Position numbers and translations under genes: made by a program. A DNA stretch of 64,000 nucleotides from the human T2T-CHM13v2.0 reference genome, Homo sapiens: the NCBI RefSeq assembly GCF_009914755.1, contig NC_060936.1, one strand, 5' to 3'. The notes beneath the pieces were generated by a model that saw nothing but the letters and a program-made list of their open reading frames with translations, made no database searches and had not been told where the DNA came from. Numbering within the stretch: position 1 is the stretch's first letter; each line of letters opens with the position of its first letter. Of this stretch, positions 24,654-38,181 are shown one piece after another.

Positions 24654-27220
24654 GGGCTATTATGGTGGGAAAGCCCAAATGGAAGCTATTAGAGCTACCT
24701 AGAAAAATAGTAAATCAAAACCAATATCACATCCCTGGGAAGATTGCAGAGATTAGTGCCACTATCAAGAACTTCAAACACACAGAGGTGGTGATTCCCA
24801 CCACATCCCCATTCAACTCTCCCATTTGGCCTGTACAGAAGACAGATGGATCTTGGAGAATGACAGTGGATTATCCTAAGCTTAACCAAGTGGTGACTCC
24901 AATTTCAGCTGCTGTACCAGATGTGGTTTCATTGCTTGAGAAAATTAACACATCTCCTAGTACCTGATATGCAGCCATTGACTTGGCAAATGCCTTTTTC
25001 TCCATTCCTGTCCATAAGGCCCCCAGAAGCAATTTGCCTTCAGCTGGCAAGACAAGCAATATACAATTACTCTCTTACCTCAGGGGTATATCAACTCTCC
25101 AGCTTTGGTTCTTGATCATTTTTTGCTTCTGCAAGGTAGCACACTGGTCCATTACATTGATGACATTGTGTTGATTGGATCCAGTGAGCAGGAAGTAGCA
25201 AACACACTGGACTTATTGCTGAGACATTTGCGTGTCAGAGGATGGGAAATAAATCTGACTAAAATTCATAGAACTTCTATCTCAGTAAAATTTCTAGGAG
25301 TTCAGTGGTGTGGGGCCTGTCAAGATATTCCTTCTAAGGTGAAGGATAGGTTGATGCATTTGGCCCCTTCTACAACCAAGAAAGAGGCACAACATCTAGT
25401 GGGCCTATTTGATTTTCAGAGACAACACATTCCTCATTTGGGTGTGTTGTTCTGGCCTATTTATCTAGTGACTTGAAAGACTGCCAGTTTTGATTAGGGT
25501 CCAGAACGGGAGAAGGCTTTGCAAAAGGTCCAGGCTGCTGTGCAAGCTGCTCTGCCACTTGAGCCCTATGACCCAGGAGATCCAATGGTCCTTGAGGTGT
25601 CAGTGGCAGATAGGGATGCTGTTTGGAGCATTTGTCAGGCCACCATAGGTGAATCACAGTACAGACCTCTAGGATTTTGGAACAAGCACCTGACATCTTC
25701 TGCAGATAACTACTCTCCTTTTCAGAGACAGCTCTTTGCCTGTTACTGGGCTTTGGTGAAAACTGGCCATTTGAATATGGGTCATAAAGTCACCGTGTAG
25801 CCTGAATTGCCTGTCATGAACTGGATACTCTGTGACCCAGCTAGCCATAAAGTGGGTCGTGCACAGAAACATTTCATCATCAAATGGAAGTGGTATGTAC
25901 ATGATAGGGCTCAAGGAGGTCCTGAAGGCACAAGTAAGTTACATGAGGAAGTGGCTCAAATGCCCATGGTCTCTACTCCTGCCACCCTGCTTTCTCTCCC
26001 CCAGCACACCGATGGCCTCATGAGGAGTTCCCTATGATCAGTTAACAGAGGAAGAGGAGACTAGAGCCTGGTTCACAGATGGTTCTGCACGATATGCAGG
26101 CACCACCTGAAAGTGGACAGGTGCAGCTCTACAAGCCTTTTCTAGGACATCCCTGAAGGACAACGGTGAAGGGAAATCTTCCCAGTGGGCAGAACTTTGA
26201 GCAATACACCTGGCTGTGCACTTTGCATTGAAAAAGAAATGGCCAGATGTGCCATTATATACTGATTCATGGGCTTTAGCCAATGGTTTGGCTGGATGGT
26301 CAGAAACTTGGAAGAAGCATAATTGGAGAATTGGTGACAAAGAAATTTGGGGAAGAGGTATGTGGATTGACCTCTCTAAGTGGGCCAAAACTATGAAGAT
26401 ATTTATATCCCACGTGAGTGCTCATCAATGGGTGACCTCAGCAGAGGAAGATTTTAATAATCAAGTGAATAGAATGACCTGTTCTGTGGACTCAGCACCA
26501 TTCCCCAGCCACCCCAGTCCTTGCCCAATGGACCCATAAACAAAGTAGCCATGGTGGCAGGGATGGAGGTTATGCATGGGCTCAGCAACATGGTTTTCCA
26601 GTCACCAAAGCTGACCTGGTTACTGCCACTGCTGAGTGCCCAATTTGCCTGCAGCAGAGCCCAACACTGACCCCTCGATATGGCACCAATCCTTGTGGTG
26701 ATCAGACAGCTACCTGGTGGCAGGTTGATTATATTGGACCTCTTCCATCATGGAAAGGACAGAGATTTTTCCTCACTGGAATAGACATTTACTCTGGATA
26801 TGGGTTTGCCTACCATGCACGCAATGCATCTGCCAAGACTACCATCCTTGTACTCATGGAATGCCTTATCCACTATCATGTTATTCCACACAGCATTGCC
26901 TCTGACCAAGGCACTTACTTTATGGCTAAAGAAGTGCAGCAGGGGGCTCATGCTCATGGAATTAACTGGTCTTACCATGTTCCCCATTATCTGGAAGCAG
27001 CTGGATTGATAGAAAGGTGGAATGGTCTTTGGAAGTCACAATTACAATGCCAACTAGGTGCCAATACTTTGCAGGGCTGGAGCAAAGTTCTCCAGATGCC
27101 ATGTATGCTCTGAATTAGCATCCAATACATGGCACTGTTTCTCCCATAGCCAGAATTCATGGGTCCAGGAATCAGGGGATTGAAGTAGAAGTGGCACCAC
27201 TCACATCACCCCTAGTAATC
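24650..27220 (+). pseudogene. pol: HERV-L pol (RT, RNase H, integrase), disrupted
   Basis: [41 protein letters not shown] (25153-25164), WFTDGS/YTDS (RNase H), QVDYIG/SDQG/AAGLIERWN (integrase DDE); many stops. Confidence 0.93.
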
Positions 27221-27229
27221 CACTAACAA

Positions 27230-27570
27230 AATTTTTGCTTCCTGTTCCCACGACATTATGTTCTGCTGGCCTAGAGGTCTTAGTTCTGGAGGAAGGAATG
27301 CTGCCGCCAGGAGAAACAACAATGATTCCATTAAACTGAAAGTTAAGATTGACACCTGGACACTTTGGGCTCCTCCTACCTTTAAGTGAACAGGCTAAGA
27401 AGGGAGTTACAGTGTTGGCTGGGGTGATCGACCCAAAGATGAAATCAGTCTACTACTCCATAATGGAAGTAAGGAAGAGTATGCATAGAATACAAGAGAT
27501 CCATTAGGGCATCTCTTAGTATCACTATGTCCTGTGATTAAGGTCAATGGGAAACTACAACAACGGCACA
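27230..27570 (+). pseudogene. dut: HERV-L dUTPase remnant
   Basis: PGHFGLL and GVTVLAGVIDP downstream of integrase, as typical of ERV-L; frameshifted at motif 3. Confidence 0.75.
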
Positions 27571-27725
27571 ATTCAGGCAGGACTACATATGGTCCAGACC
27601 CCTCTGGAATGAAGGTTTGGGTCACTCCCCCAGGGAGAAAAAAAAAAAAAAAACATGACCTGCTGAGGTGCTTGCTGAAGGCAAAGGGAATACAGAATGG
27701 GTGGTAGAGGAAGGTAGTCATTAAT

Positions 27726-27769
27726 ACCAGCTGTGACCATATGACCAGCTGTGACCATGTGACCAGCTG
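27726..27769. repeat. 18-bp tandem duplication
   Basis: accagctgtgaccatatg / accagctgtgaccatgtg / accagctg. Confidence 0.9.
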
Positions 27770-28083
27770 CAAAAACGAGGCTTGTAACTGTCATGAATAT
27801 TTCCTCCTTCTTTGGTTAAAAATATGTTTGTGCGTGTATACACTTGTACTAAAACAATTTCTTCATTTTATTTCCTTTTTCTTTATCATGTGACAGAAGA
27901 TTTATTGACTTCATATCAGTAGTTAAGTATTGCTAACTTTATGTAATAGTATTTGGGTTGGGGATTGATGCATTTCCAGTTGTACAAAGGATAGTTGTAT
28001 TATGTTAGGTGTAATTATGACCTTATTATTGTCTTTATTTGAAGATTATATGTGATCTCAGGAGATGTGTAGGGGTTCAAGAT

Positions 28084-28098
28084 GACAAGGGGTGGACT
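28084..28098 (+). promoter_or_regulatory. Polypurine tract
   Basis: gacaaggggtggact immediately before the 3' LTR. Confidence 0.75.
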
Positions 28099-28677
28099 TA
28101 TGATGGTTAATACCGAGTGTCAAGTTGATTGGATTGAAGGATGCAAAGTATTGATCCTGGATGTGTCTGTGAGGGTGTTGCCAAAGGAGATTAACATTTG
28201 AGTCAGTGGGCTGTGAAAGGCAGACCCACCCTTAATCTGGTGGGCACAATCGAATCAGCTGCCAGCAAATATAAAGCAGGCAGAAAAACGTGAAAAGGAA
28301 GACTGGCTTAGCCTCCCAGCGTACATCTTTCTCCGTACTGGATGCTTTCTGCCCTCAAACATGGGACTCTAAGTTCTTCAGTTTTGAGACTTGGACTGGC
28401 TCTCCTTGCTCCTCAAGCTTGCAGACAGCCTATTGTGGGACCTTGTGATGGTATAAGTTAATATTTAATAAACATATATATATATGTGGATATATATCTT
28501 ATTATACTGACATATATATATCCTAGTATACTAAGACATATATATATATATCTAGACATATATATAGACATATATATATATCCTAGTATACTAAGACATA
28601 TATATATATATGTCTTAGTATACTAGGATATATATATATCTTATTAGTTCTGTCCCTCTAGGGAACCCTGACTAACA
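28099..28677 (+). mobile_element. MLT2A1 3' LTR
   Basis: Homologous to the 5' LTR (roughly 9-10% substitutions over the first ~350 bp by manual count); expanded AT-rich U5 tract. Confidence 0.93.
28570..28639. repeat. Perfect 70-bp palindrome
   Basis: (AT)6-CCTAGTATACTAAGAC-(AT)7-GTCTTAGTATACTAGG-(AT)6. Confidence 0.95.
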
Positions 28678-30092
28678 CAGTCCATAGAAAAGACCTTTGT
28701 TTTGAATGGCTGAACTAGTAAAGCACAAGTTTAGGAGGCATGAATGACCATCTTCTATCAGACATATGAACCAGAGAGGCTAAGTGGGAAAAAAAAAAGG
28801 TACACAGAAACAAAGATATGAAAACAAAAGTTTATATGGCTTGGCAGTTCCCCATTGTTGTATATTTCTCTGACCTGCCTCTGTCCTCTGTGTTCCCATT
28901 AGAAAGCTCTAATCTAAGCCACCTCCACTCTGTTTTTCCCCTTAAGCTAGTTTATGTAGGTCACTGCTACCTACATCCTAAATCTTGACTAAGGTGTTTC
29001 TTCTGGTAGGCGGTTAACTGTTTTCATTTTTATATGTCCTAATGAATTACATTTGCTATTATTAATAAGGAAAGCCTGCAGAGGTGGACGATGTTACCTT
29101 AAATTACATTCAAAGTGAGGAATCTATCACTTATTATCAGCAAAATGAGATTAAATGTGGAAACAAATTTATTATTGTGATTTTTTGCTATGGTTATTTA
29201 CTTTTATTACTGATAAGTCTATAAATTAAAGGTAAATAGACAATATTTAATTTTAATATTTAATATATAATATTTAAAATACAAAGTTTGAAAATTGTGG
29301 TCCTAATTAAGATGATTTTTTTAATCTTATAATGGGAGAAAAATTGAATGTAATTAAAACCAGAAATTAATTATTCAATGGGGTTGACCCACCATATCAC
29401 TTTCATGTATACAAAAATCACCTGAGAAGCTTGCTAAGAAAGTGTAGGATGGGATACAAGGTTTACAATTCTGATACTGCTACACATATATATTGGAAGT
29501 GAAGAAATAAGTAAATGGAGGGTGAGTGGTGGGAGCCAGGTTTCTCACGGTTGGAGTGAGAATTTAAATTTAAGAAAAAGAGAAGGATAGAAAGGCCCAT
29601 GTAATGAAGGATTACAGTTGGAGACATCAATAAAAACTCATGCTTAGATTAACATAGACACAGTTTGCTTATGAAAATACTTACAGATATGTGTATATAC
29701 ACAAGGGTAAAATAAACTTCTATACTTCCTTGTTCCGTTAGCTGAAAGTACTTTAAAAATTGCCCAAGTAGCAACAAGCACACCTAGCACAGAGATCTTA
29801 GTATCTAATACTATTCTCTGATAAAAGGAAGCATGGCTTCTCAGAGAAATTGGTTATTCTAGAACCAGGGTGGGAAAGGTGACCCTGAAGCACCTTGGAT
29901 TACCAAAAAGTAATAACTCACACACACACATTGATGGAGAATGTCAATGGGACATAAGGGATAACAGAAAGAACTCCTAATGGCCAAACCTGGAATAATT
30001 GGAGCAACAGAATAAATAAAGTAATATTGGATAATAACCCAAAGTATAAAATAAATATTCATGAGTCCATACTGATCTAAATAAATGATTGA

Positions 30093-30419
30093 TTTGATTT
30101 TTTAAATCCCACAAATAAGAAGTAGGTGGGGATAGTTAATGGATACAAACAATAGAAAGAATGAATAAGACCTACTGTTTTATAGCACAAGCAAGTGACT
30201 ATAGTCAATAACTTAATTGTATATTTTAAAATAATTTAGAGTGCAATTGGGTTGATTGTAACTCAAAGGATAAATACTGGAGGGAATGAATACCCCATTC
30301 TTCATATAATGTCCTTATTTCATATTGCCTGCCTGTATCAAAACATCTCACGTACCCCAGAAATATATATACCTACTACGTACTCCCCAAAATTAAAAAT
30401 TAAAAAAAATAAAATTAAA
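30093..30419 (+). mobile_element. L1MA 3' end with short 5' inversion
   Basis: 14-bp TSD AAATAAATGATTGA (30079-92, 30420-33); 30093-30120 is inverted L1MA text. Confidence 0.82.
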
Positions 30420-30492
30420 AAATAAATGATTGAATAAAGTGATAAACGGGGAGAAGAGGCAAATCCCCCATGCATAAAAATTCCACATAATT

Positions 30493-30792
30493 GGCCGGGT
30501 GCGGTGGCTCATGCCTGTAATCTCAGCACTTTGGGAGGCCGAGGCGGGCGGATCACGAGGTGAGGAGATTGGGACCATCCTGGCTAACACGGTGAAACCC
30601 CGTCTCTACTAAAAATACAAAAAAAATTAGCCAGGCTTGGTGGCGGGCGCCTGTAGTCCTAGCTACTCGGGAGGGTGAGGCAGGAGAATGGCGTGAACCC
30701 AGGAGGCGGAGCTTGCAGTGAGCCAAGATCTGGCCACTGCACTCGAGCCTGGGCAACAGTGAGAGACTCCGTCTCGAAAAAAAAAAAAAAAA
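30493..30792 (+). mobile_element. AluY
   Basis: accatcctggctaacacggtg, gaatggcgtgaaccc, gagcttgcagtg; TSD tccacataatt. Confidence 0.95.
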
Positions 30793-31899
30793 TCCACATA
30801 ATTTATGTAGACACACATGAAGGTTGAGCATAACTTCCCACTTCTTAAGTATGGGCTGAGCATAGTGACTTCTTCCAAATAACACATCATGGAAAGGTAG
30901 GTGGTGGAACAGTAACTTTACAGCAACGAAACCTGCGAAACACAACCTCAGCCAGGTGATTGAGGACAGTATCAGTAGTCATGTTGACATTTTATACATA
31001 TGATATATGATAAAAAGAGACATTTACCTCTGCCGTATTCCTCCCCTAAACCCATGACTTCAGTCTACACATGGAAAGATGTTCAGACAAATTCCATATA
31101 TCCTATTGTAGGTGCGTTCTGTAAAACACTTCTCCAGTGCACCTCAAAATTGTCAAGGTCATCAAAATATAAAGAAAATCTGAGAAATATTCATAGCCAA
31201 GAGGAGCCTAAGGAGACATGACAGTTGAATGTCATATGGGACCCTGGAACAAATAAAGGACATGAGGGTAAAACTAAATAAATCTGAAAAATATGGACTT
31301 AATAATAATACATCAAGACTGGTTCATTCGTTGTTACAAATGTGCCATGCTAATGTAAGATGTCAATAATATGGAAAAATATATGAGGGGTATATGGGGA
31401 CATTCTGTACATTCTTCTTAATTTTCCTGTAAACCTAAAACTATTGGTAAAAAAAATGGAGGAACTATGATGTCTTGTTCATTGTGTAGCTCAAGCCATC
31501 AGGTGTTTAAGTGTGTAACAGGCAAGCAGTAAATGTAATACATGTTGATTATTGGTTTCATTTTTCATCAGTTGATATATTTCAGTTGCATCTCTAGTTA
31601 AGACAGATTCCTACTTTCCTGTTAACATCACTATTTACAAGCTTCTCATATTGTTTTATGGTTAATTTTTCTATATAGAAATTCATTTAAAGTACTTCTT
31701 TACAATGCTTGTATATATTAAATTTTAGTCTCTTCCCATAAGCATTCTTGGAACTATTGATAACTTATTGATGAAAGTTTTCAGATTTGTACTATGTACA
31801 TTTATATACACAGAATAAAATTTAATAGAGATCTAAATATAAAAAATTACTATTCAAGGAATCTTTACAAGTGCTAGAAATATCATATACACACACATA

Positions 31900-31934
<35 letters not shown>

Positions 31935-32132
31935 TTCCCATCTGCCTCCCTCCCTCTTATGAATGTGCATGTATTATTTAGAGCATACCTAGATAATCTA
32001 TGGTAATCTCCCCATTTCAAGATCTCTAACTTAATCATATCCGCAAAGTTATTTTTGCCACATGAGGTAATTTACATGTCCCAGAGATTAGGTTATGGAT
32101 ATATTTGGGGGGACGCCATTATTCAGACTAAC
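31935..32132 (-). mobile_element. MLT1 LTR 5' fragment
   Basis: gataatc...tctccccatttcaagatc...ttaatca..tc.gcaaag...gccattattcagactaaca. Confidence 0.7.
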
Positions 32133-32489
32133 ATAATCAGTTATGAATCTGGAATTCTCACCATACTGTATCCTGCTGATAAAATGACATTATATCCTAT
32201 TTTTTTTAACTTCAGGTATCATTTCTTGGCTGAGAACACCAAAATCTTTACATTTTTTCCTTTTCTTTCTTCCAATTTCTGCTCCCTCTTCTCTAGTTGC
32301 CTACTCTACATTTTTTATAAGATTTATCTTATGTCTTCTAAACGTAACATAGCTGAAATCAAAGTCACTAATTCTCTTTAAAATGCAACTTCCTACATAA
32401 GTCAATTTTTTTAGTTTTATTATAATCATAGTCTGCTATGCTGCAAAATACACTCATCTCTTGAACCCCAATATATCTAATAAGGCATC

Positions 32490-33480
<991 letters not shown>

Positions 33481-33964
33481 TTTCCACCGCTGTGGCCCCA
33501 ATCCAAGTCCCTTACCATACCATACTCATTCAAATATGTACTAATAGATTTTCCTATTAACTTACTCTGTCAACACTACCATCATTACCACTACTCTCTA
33601 TAAAACATCATTAATTTCCCTCAAAGAATTTTATTATATAATTTATCTTCAAAAATACATAGTGGTTCATTAATGTCCACTGGCTTCATCTTACATGGCT
33701 TGTTCAGCTTTCAGTGAGCAATCTGGTTATATTAACATCTAATCTTGCCTTTCATGACTTCTATACATGCGTCTCAACCAAGTCTTTAGCATATTTAACA
33801 GCCTTGTACATCACCTCAGTCAAGATTCTGCTACAATTGTTCCATGGAAGGCTGTCATCTTACACAAACAGTACCTCCAATGAATGTTCTGCTCCAGATC
33901 TGCCTCCTGAGCACATTCACTCCCTTTTGTCTGATCACTTTGTTTTGGGTCAGTTCTCACTCAC

Positions 33965-34166
33965 AGACCCTCCCCTTCACCTTCCACTATGATTGCAAGT
34001 TTCCTGAGGCCTCCCCAGCCATAAGGAACTATGAGTCAATTAAACCTGTTTCCTTTATAAATTGGAACTGTGAGTCAATTAAACCTCTTTGGTTTATGAA
34101 TTGCCCAGTCTTGGGCAGTTCTTTATAGCAGTGTGAAAATGTACTGCCCATGACTGGGTAATTCAT
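33965..34166 (+). mobile_element. THE1/MST LTR 3' fragment with internal duplications
   Basis: tgattgcaagtttcctgaggcctccccagcc...gagtcaattaaacct twice (39-bp tandem), then an inverted copy. Confidence 0.82.
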
Positions 34167-35959
34167 TGTGGTAGTTTGTTACAGCAGCCTCAGGAAATTA
34201 ATACATACTTCTATCCCTAAAAACTTAAAGGGGATCCTCCATACTCTTCCCCTGTCACCTTGCAACTTTAAAGGATCCAGTAGATGATTCCAAAGATGTA
34301 CGGAATGACAGAAAGGTAAGTTATAAGGATCTAAACCTGTGGCCATTTGCCAAATAACCACATTGAATTGTTATGCAAGTGATACTGTGTTATAACACAA
34401 GTTATATATAGTGTGATATGTACATACAAATATATTTCATAAGTTATATATAAAACAAGTTATATATTGAATTATAACACAAGTCATATTGTGTTTTTCC
34501 AGGTATATTGTGCTACTTATATTGTGTTAAAATCTGCTGAGATTTGGGGATTCGTAGGTTATAGCAATGAGTGTTAACCTTAATTAGAAAGTGATATACT
34601 TGAAGATGGTTGCTATCATAACATAAACCTAAAATGTTTGGGACTGGCTTAGCAGTCTGGTAGAAGCAGGCAACAAAGATACTGAAATCTGAGGATGAAC
34701 AGCTGAAAAATGTGTGTGTGTGTGCGTGTGTGCGTGTGTGTCCATGTGTGTAGGAGACTTTCTTAATGCTCACCCTGCAGAAATTAAAAATTGCTATTGA
34801 ATAGTAATGACTGTGTATATCTTATTGTTTTGCCTTCTCTATGTAAAATTGCAGTTTTTCTATACTTGGTCCATCTTTGTTTACTTGGTGGGATGGTTGG
34901 GTGTCAAATAAGTCATTTGGATGTTTTTTGTTTGTTTGTTTTATAGTTTATAGGACCCGAGACCAACAGGAGACAGATCCAAAACTGACAGAAAGCACTT
35001 TGGATAATCGAGAGATCCTTGAGTTTGAACTAGATGCAGTGACTGGATGGACCTTCAGGTTGGCAGTTAAGTCAGACCATGTAACTAAGTTTTAACCAAT
35101 GAAAAGAGGGCAGCAGTTATGTAAGCCTTTTCCAAGTTTGAGTCATAAAAATATTATTTATGAAATGTGGTTTCCTTCTTTTCTGTCTGCAGGCCAGATT
35201 TCAAGGATCTAATGCAAGACTCTAATGCCCTAAGGAGTTAATTTTCAAATATCCACAACAAACTATTACATGAGTAGGAAATAAAATTTAATTTTGTAAA
35301 GCTAGTGATATTTTGAAGTTGTTGGTTCTAGGACTTAGTCTATTCGTATAATACACAAAATTTACCAAAATACATTAGCCCAGAATTATCTCATGTATAC
35401 CTGAAATCTAAAACTATGTAATTTGAGTTTATTTGTCCTTTGTCTATTAGCGATGATATTTTCAGATGTATACTCTTTAACCCAATAAATATAAGTCCCA
35501 TGAGGACATTTCCTTCCGCAATATACTCTGGATACTGTCTCTTCTCGTACTTTGCCAGACAGCTTTCTCCATAATCTGTTCTCTCTCCTATTAATCTCTC
35601 CATTGCACTAGCCCCTTCCTATTATCATTTAAACATTTTTATGTCTCCATCATGAAATAAAATTTCTCCCTTTATTACATTTTACCTCACAGAAACAACT
35701 ACAATGCAATTTTTTTCACACATTCATAGCCAAACATATTCAAAGTGTTGTCCATTCATTCTGCACCCACATCTTTACTATCTGCTTGTCAATGTATTCC
35801 ATTCTGGCTTATAATTCCACAATTCAAGCAAAAATGACTTTTGATAAAGTCAGAAATGACCTTTATCTTGCTAAATACGATGGACTTTTGTTCTAAGTAA
35901 CCTCAATTTCTTTCATTTAATGTTTCTTGTTGGAGTCCTTTTGAAGCACATTTTCAAAA

Positions 35960-37965
35960 TAATTCAAGTAAGTCCAATTTATCCATTTTTCTTTCATTAC
36001 TTGTACTCTGTTGTCATGTTGAGGAACTATTGCCTAATCCAAGGTCACAAAGATTTGCTCCTCTGTTTCTAACAGTTTTATAGTTTTAGTTCTTGCATTA
36101 AAGTGTGCAATTCATTTTGAGTTAGTATTTGTATATGCTGTGGGATAAAGCTTCAACTTTATTTTTTTCTTGTGGCTATCCAGTTGTCTCAGTACCATGT
36201 ATTGAAAACACATTTCTCTTCCCAGCATTATGTTGTTTTGAAAACTTTGTCAAAGACAACTATCATAAATGTAAATGTTTATTTTGGGGCTGTCAATTCG
36301 ATTTCACTGACCTGTATGTATTTCCTTAAAATAGCATTACAGTCTCTTTCTTGATTACTAAAGTTTTGCAGTAAATTTTCAAATCAGATTATGTAGAGTC
36401 CTATAACTTTGTTCTGTTTTAAAAAAGATTATTTTGGCTATTCTTGGTTTTTTTCCTCATAAATTTTAGAATCAACTTGTCAATTTCTGCAACTAGGCCC
36501 TCTGGATCTTGATAGCAATCATGTTGAATCTGTAGATCTATTTGGGGAATATTGCCATTTAACCAATACTAAGTCTTCTAATCTGGAATATCTTTTTATT
36601 TATTTAAGTCTTTGTTTTCTTTCAATAATGGTTTATAGCTTTTACTGTATAAGTTATGAACTTTTTTGTTAAAATTTCCCTAAATAGTTTATTCTTTTTG
36701 ATGCTATTGAAGATAAAATTTTATAATTTCATTTTTAGGTAGTTAATTGCTAGTGTATAGGAATATAATTTATTTTTGTATATCAATCTTATATATTATA
36801 GCCTTGATGAATTCATTTATTAATTCTAATTGTCTTTCAGTGGATTATTTAGAATTTTCTACGTACAAGATTGCATCATCCGAAAGTAGAAATAGATTTA
36901 CAACTTTATTTTAGTCTAGTTAACTTTTTTTTATTGCCTAATTATCCTCACGAGAACGTTCAGTATAGCTATGTTATGGGAAACAGCATTCATTTTTTCA
37001 CCAGGAAGTGTGATGTAAACTGTAGGATTTTTATAAATGTTCGTTATCAAGTTAAGGATGTTTCCTTCTATTCCTAATTTGTTGAGGTTTTTTTTTAAAC
37101 AACAACAACAACAACAACAACAAAAATTAAAAACTGTTGGATTTTGTCAAATGCTTTTTTGTGTCTATGGTAATAATCATGTTTTTGCTTTTACTATATT
37201 AATTCTTTGTGAAAATTGATTGATTTTTAAAGTATTAAACCAACCATGTAATACTGGGATAAATCCCAATTGGTCATAGTATGTACAAATGTTTAGATGC
37301 TGGTGGATTCGATATTTGCATCTATATTTATAAGGAATATTGGTCTGTAAGTTTTTCCTTGTAATGTATTCTTTCTGGTTTTATTATTGGATTAATACTA
37401 ACCTCATAGAATAAAAAGGAATGTGTTTATTTCTCTTCCGTGTCTCAAAAGAATTTGATAAGGATTTATATTCATTCCTTTTTAAGCTTTTTATAGAATT
37501 AACCAGTAAAACAATTAGGTCTTGAGATTTACTTTGTGGAAAAATTTCAAATTGCTAATTTAATCATTTTATTTACTATATGTCTAATCAGCTATCCAAT
37601 TTCTTCTTGAGTCAGTCATGGTAGTTTGTGTCCTTCTAGGAATTTTCTCATTTCATCTATATCATCTAATTTCTTGGTGTGTAGTTGTTCATAGTATTCT
37701 CTTATAAGCCTTTTTATTTCAACTGGATTAGTGATATCTCCTCTTTCCTTCTTGATTTAAGTTACTCGAGTCTTGTCTTTTTTTTTTTTTTTTGCTTGAC
37801 AAAGTATTGCTCACACTTTGTCAATTTTGTTAATTTTTTTTCAAAAAAATGGTTTCATTTTTATTCTTTATTATTTTTCTATTTTTTAGTTTCTTTATTT
37901 TCACTCTAATTTTAAATATTTTATTCAATCTCCTTCCTTTGGATTTAGCTTGCTCTTTACAGTAT
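35960..37965 (-). mobile_element. Old L1M ORF2 region
   Basis: T-rich antisense L1 text (ttttagaatcaacttgtcaatttc, tttccttctattcctaatttg); (CAA)n at ~37098. Confidence 0.8.
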
Positions 37966-38181
37966 ATTTTTAAATTTTGAACTCAGCAACATTTGATACT
38001 TTGAAGTACTTCATCCTTTACAACATACTTTCTTTCTTAGTGTCCATTACCCAACATCATTCATTTTTCCTACTTGTATGGCTTCCTCTTCTAATTCTTC
38101 TTTTCTGGCTTATCATCATCTTCTGGACCTTTAAAAGCTGGGAGATGCTCAAGAGTCAGCCTTACACGCTTCTCTTTCATT

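Larger units (their letters stand above)
21961..28677 (+). mobile_element. Full-length HERV-L provirus (MLT2A1 LTRs)
   Basis: Two homologous LTRs, PBS, gag-pro-pol-dut remnants, PPT; probable 5-bp TSD CTGTC/CAGTC. Confidence 0.96.
29455..31455 (+). mobile_element. L1MC3-like 3'UTR, interrupted by L1MA and AluY
   Basis: ggtgggagccaggtttctca...caagcacacctagc...aatattcatgagtccatactgat...gaggagcctaaggagacatgac...ctgtaaacctaaaact. Confidence 0.75.

Noticed and set aside
22693-27113. HERV-L ORFs as a domesticated (Fv1-like) gene
   Set aside because: Longest fragments are under 130 aa with many stops and frameshifts; no sign of frame preservation
28490-28640. CRISPR-like repeat/spacer appearance
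   Set aside because: Spacers are (TA)n, context is a primate LTR, no cas genes
34385-34490. Recurrent ataacacaagttatata units
   Set aside because: Short degenerate AT-rich slippage repeats, nothing further supportable
37037-37219. PolyQ-containing ORF
   Set aside because: (CAA)n microsatellite inside antisense L1M
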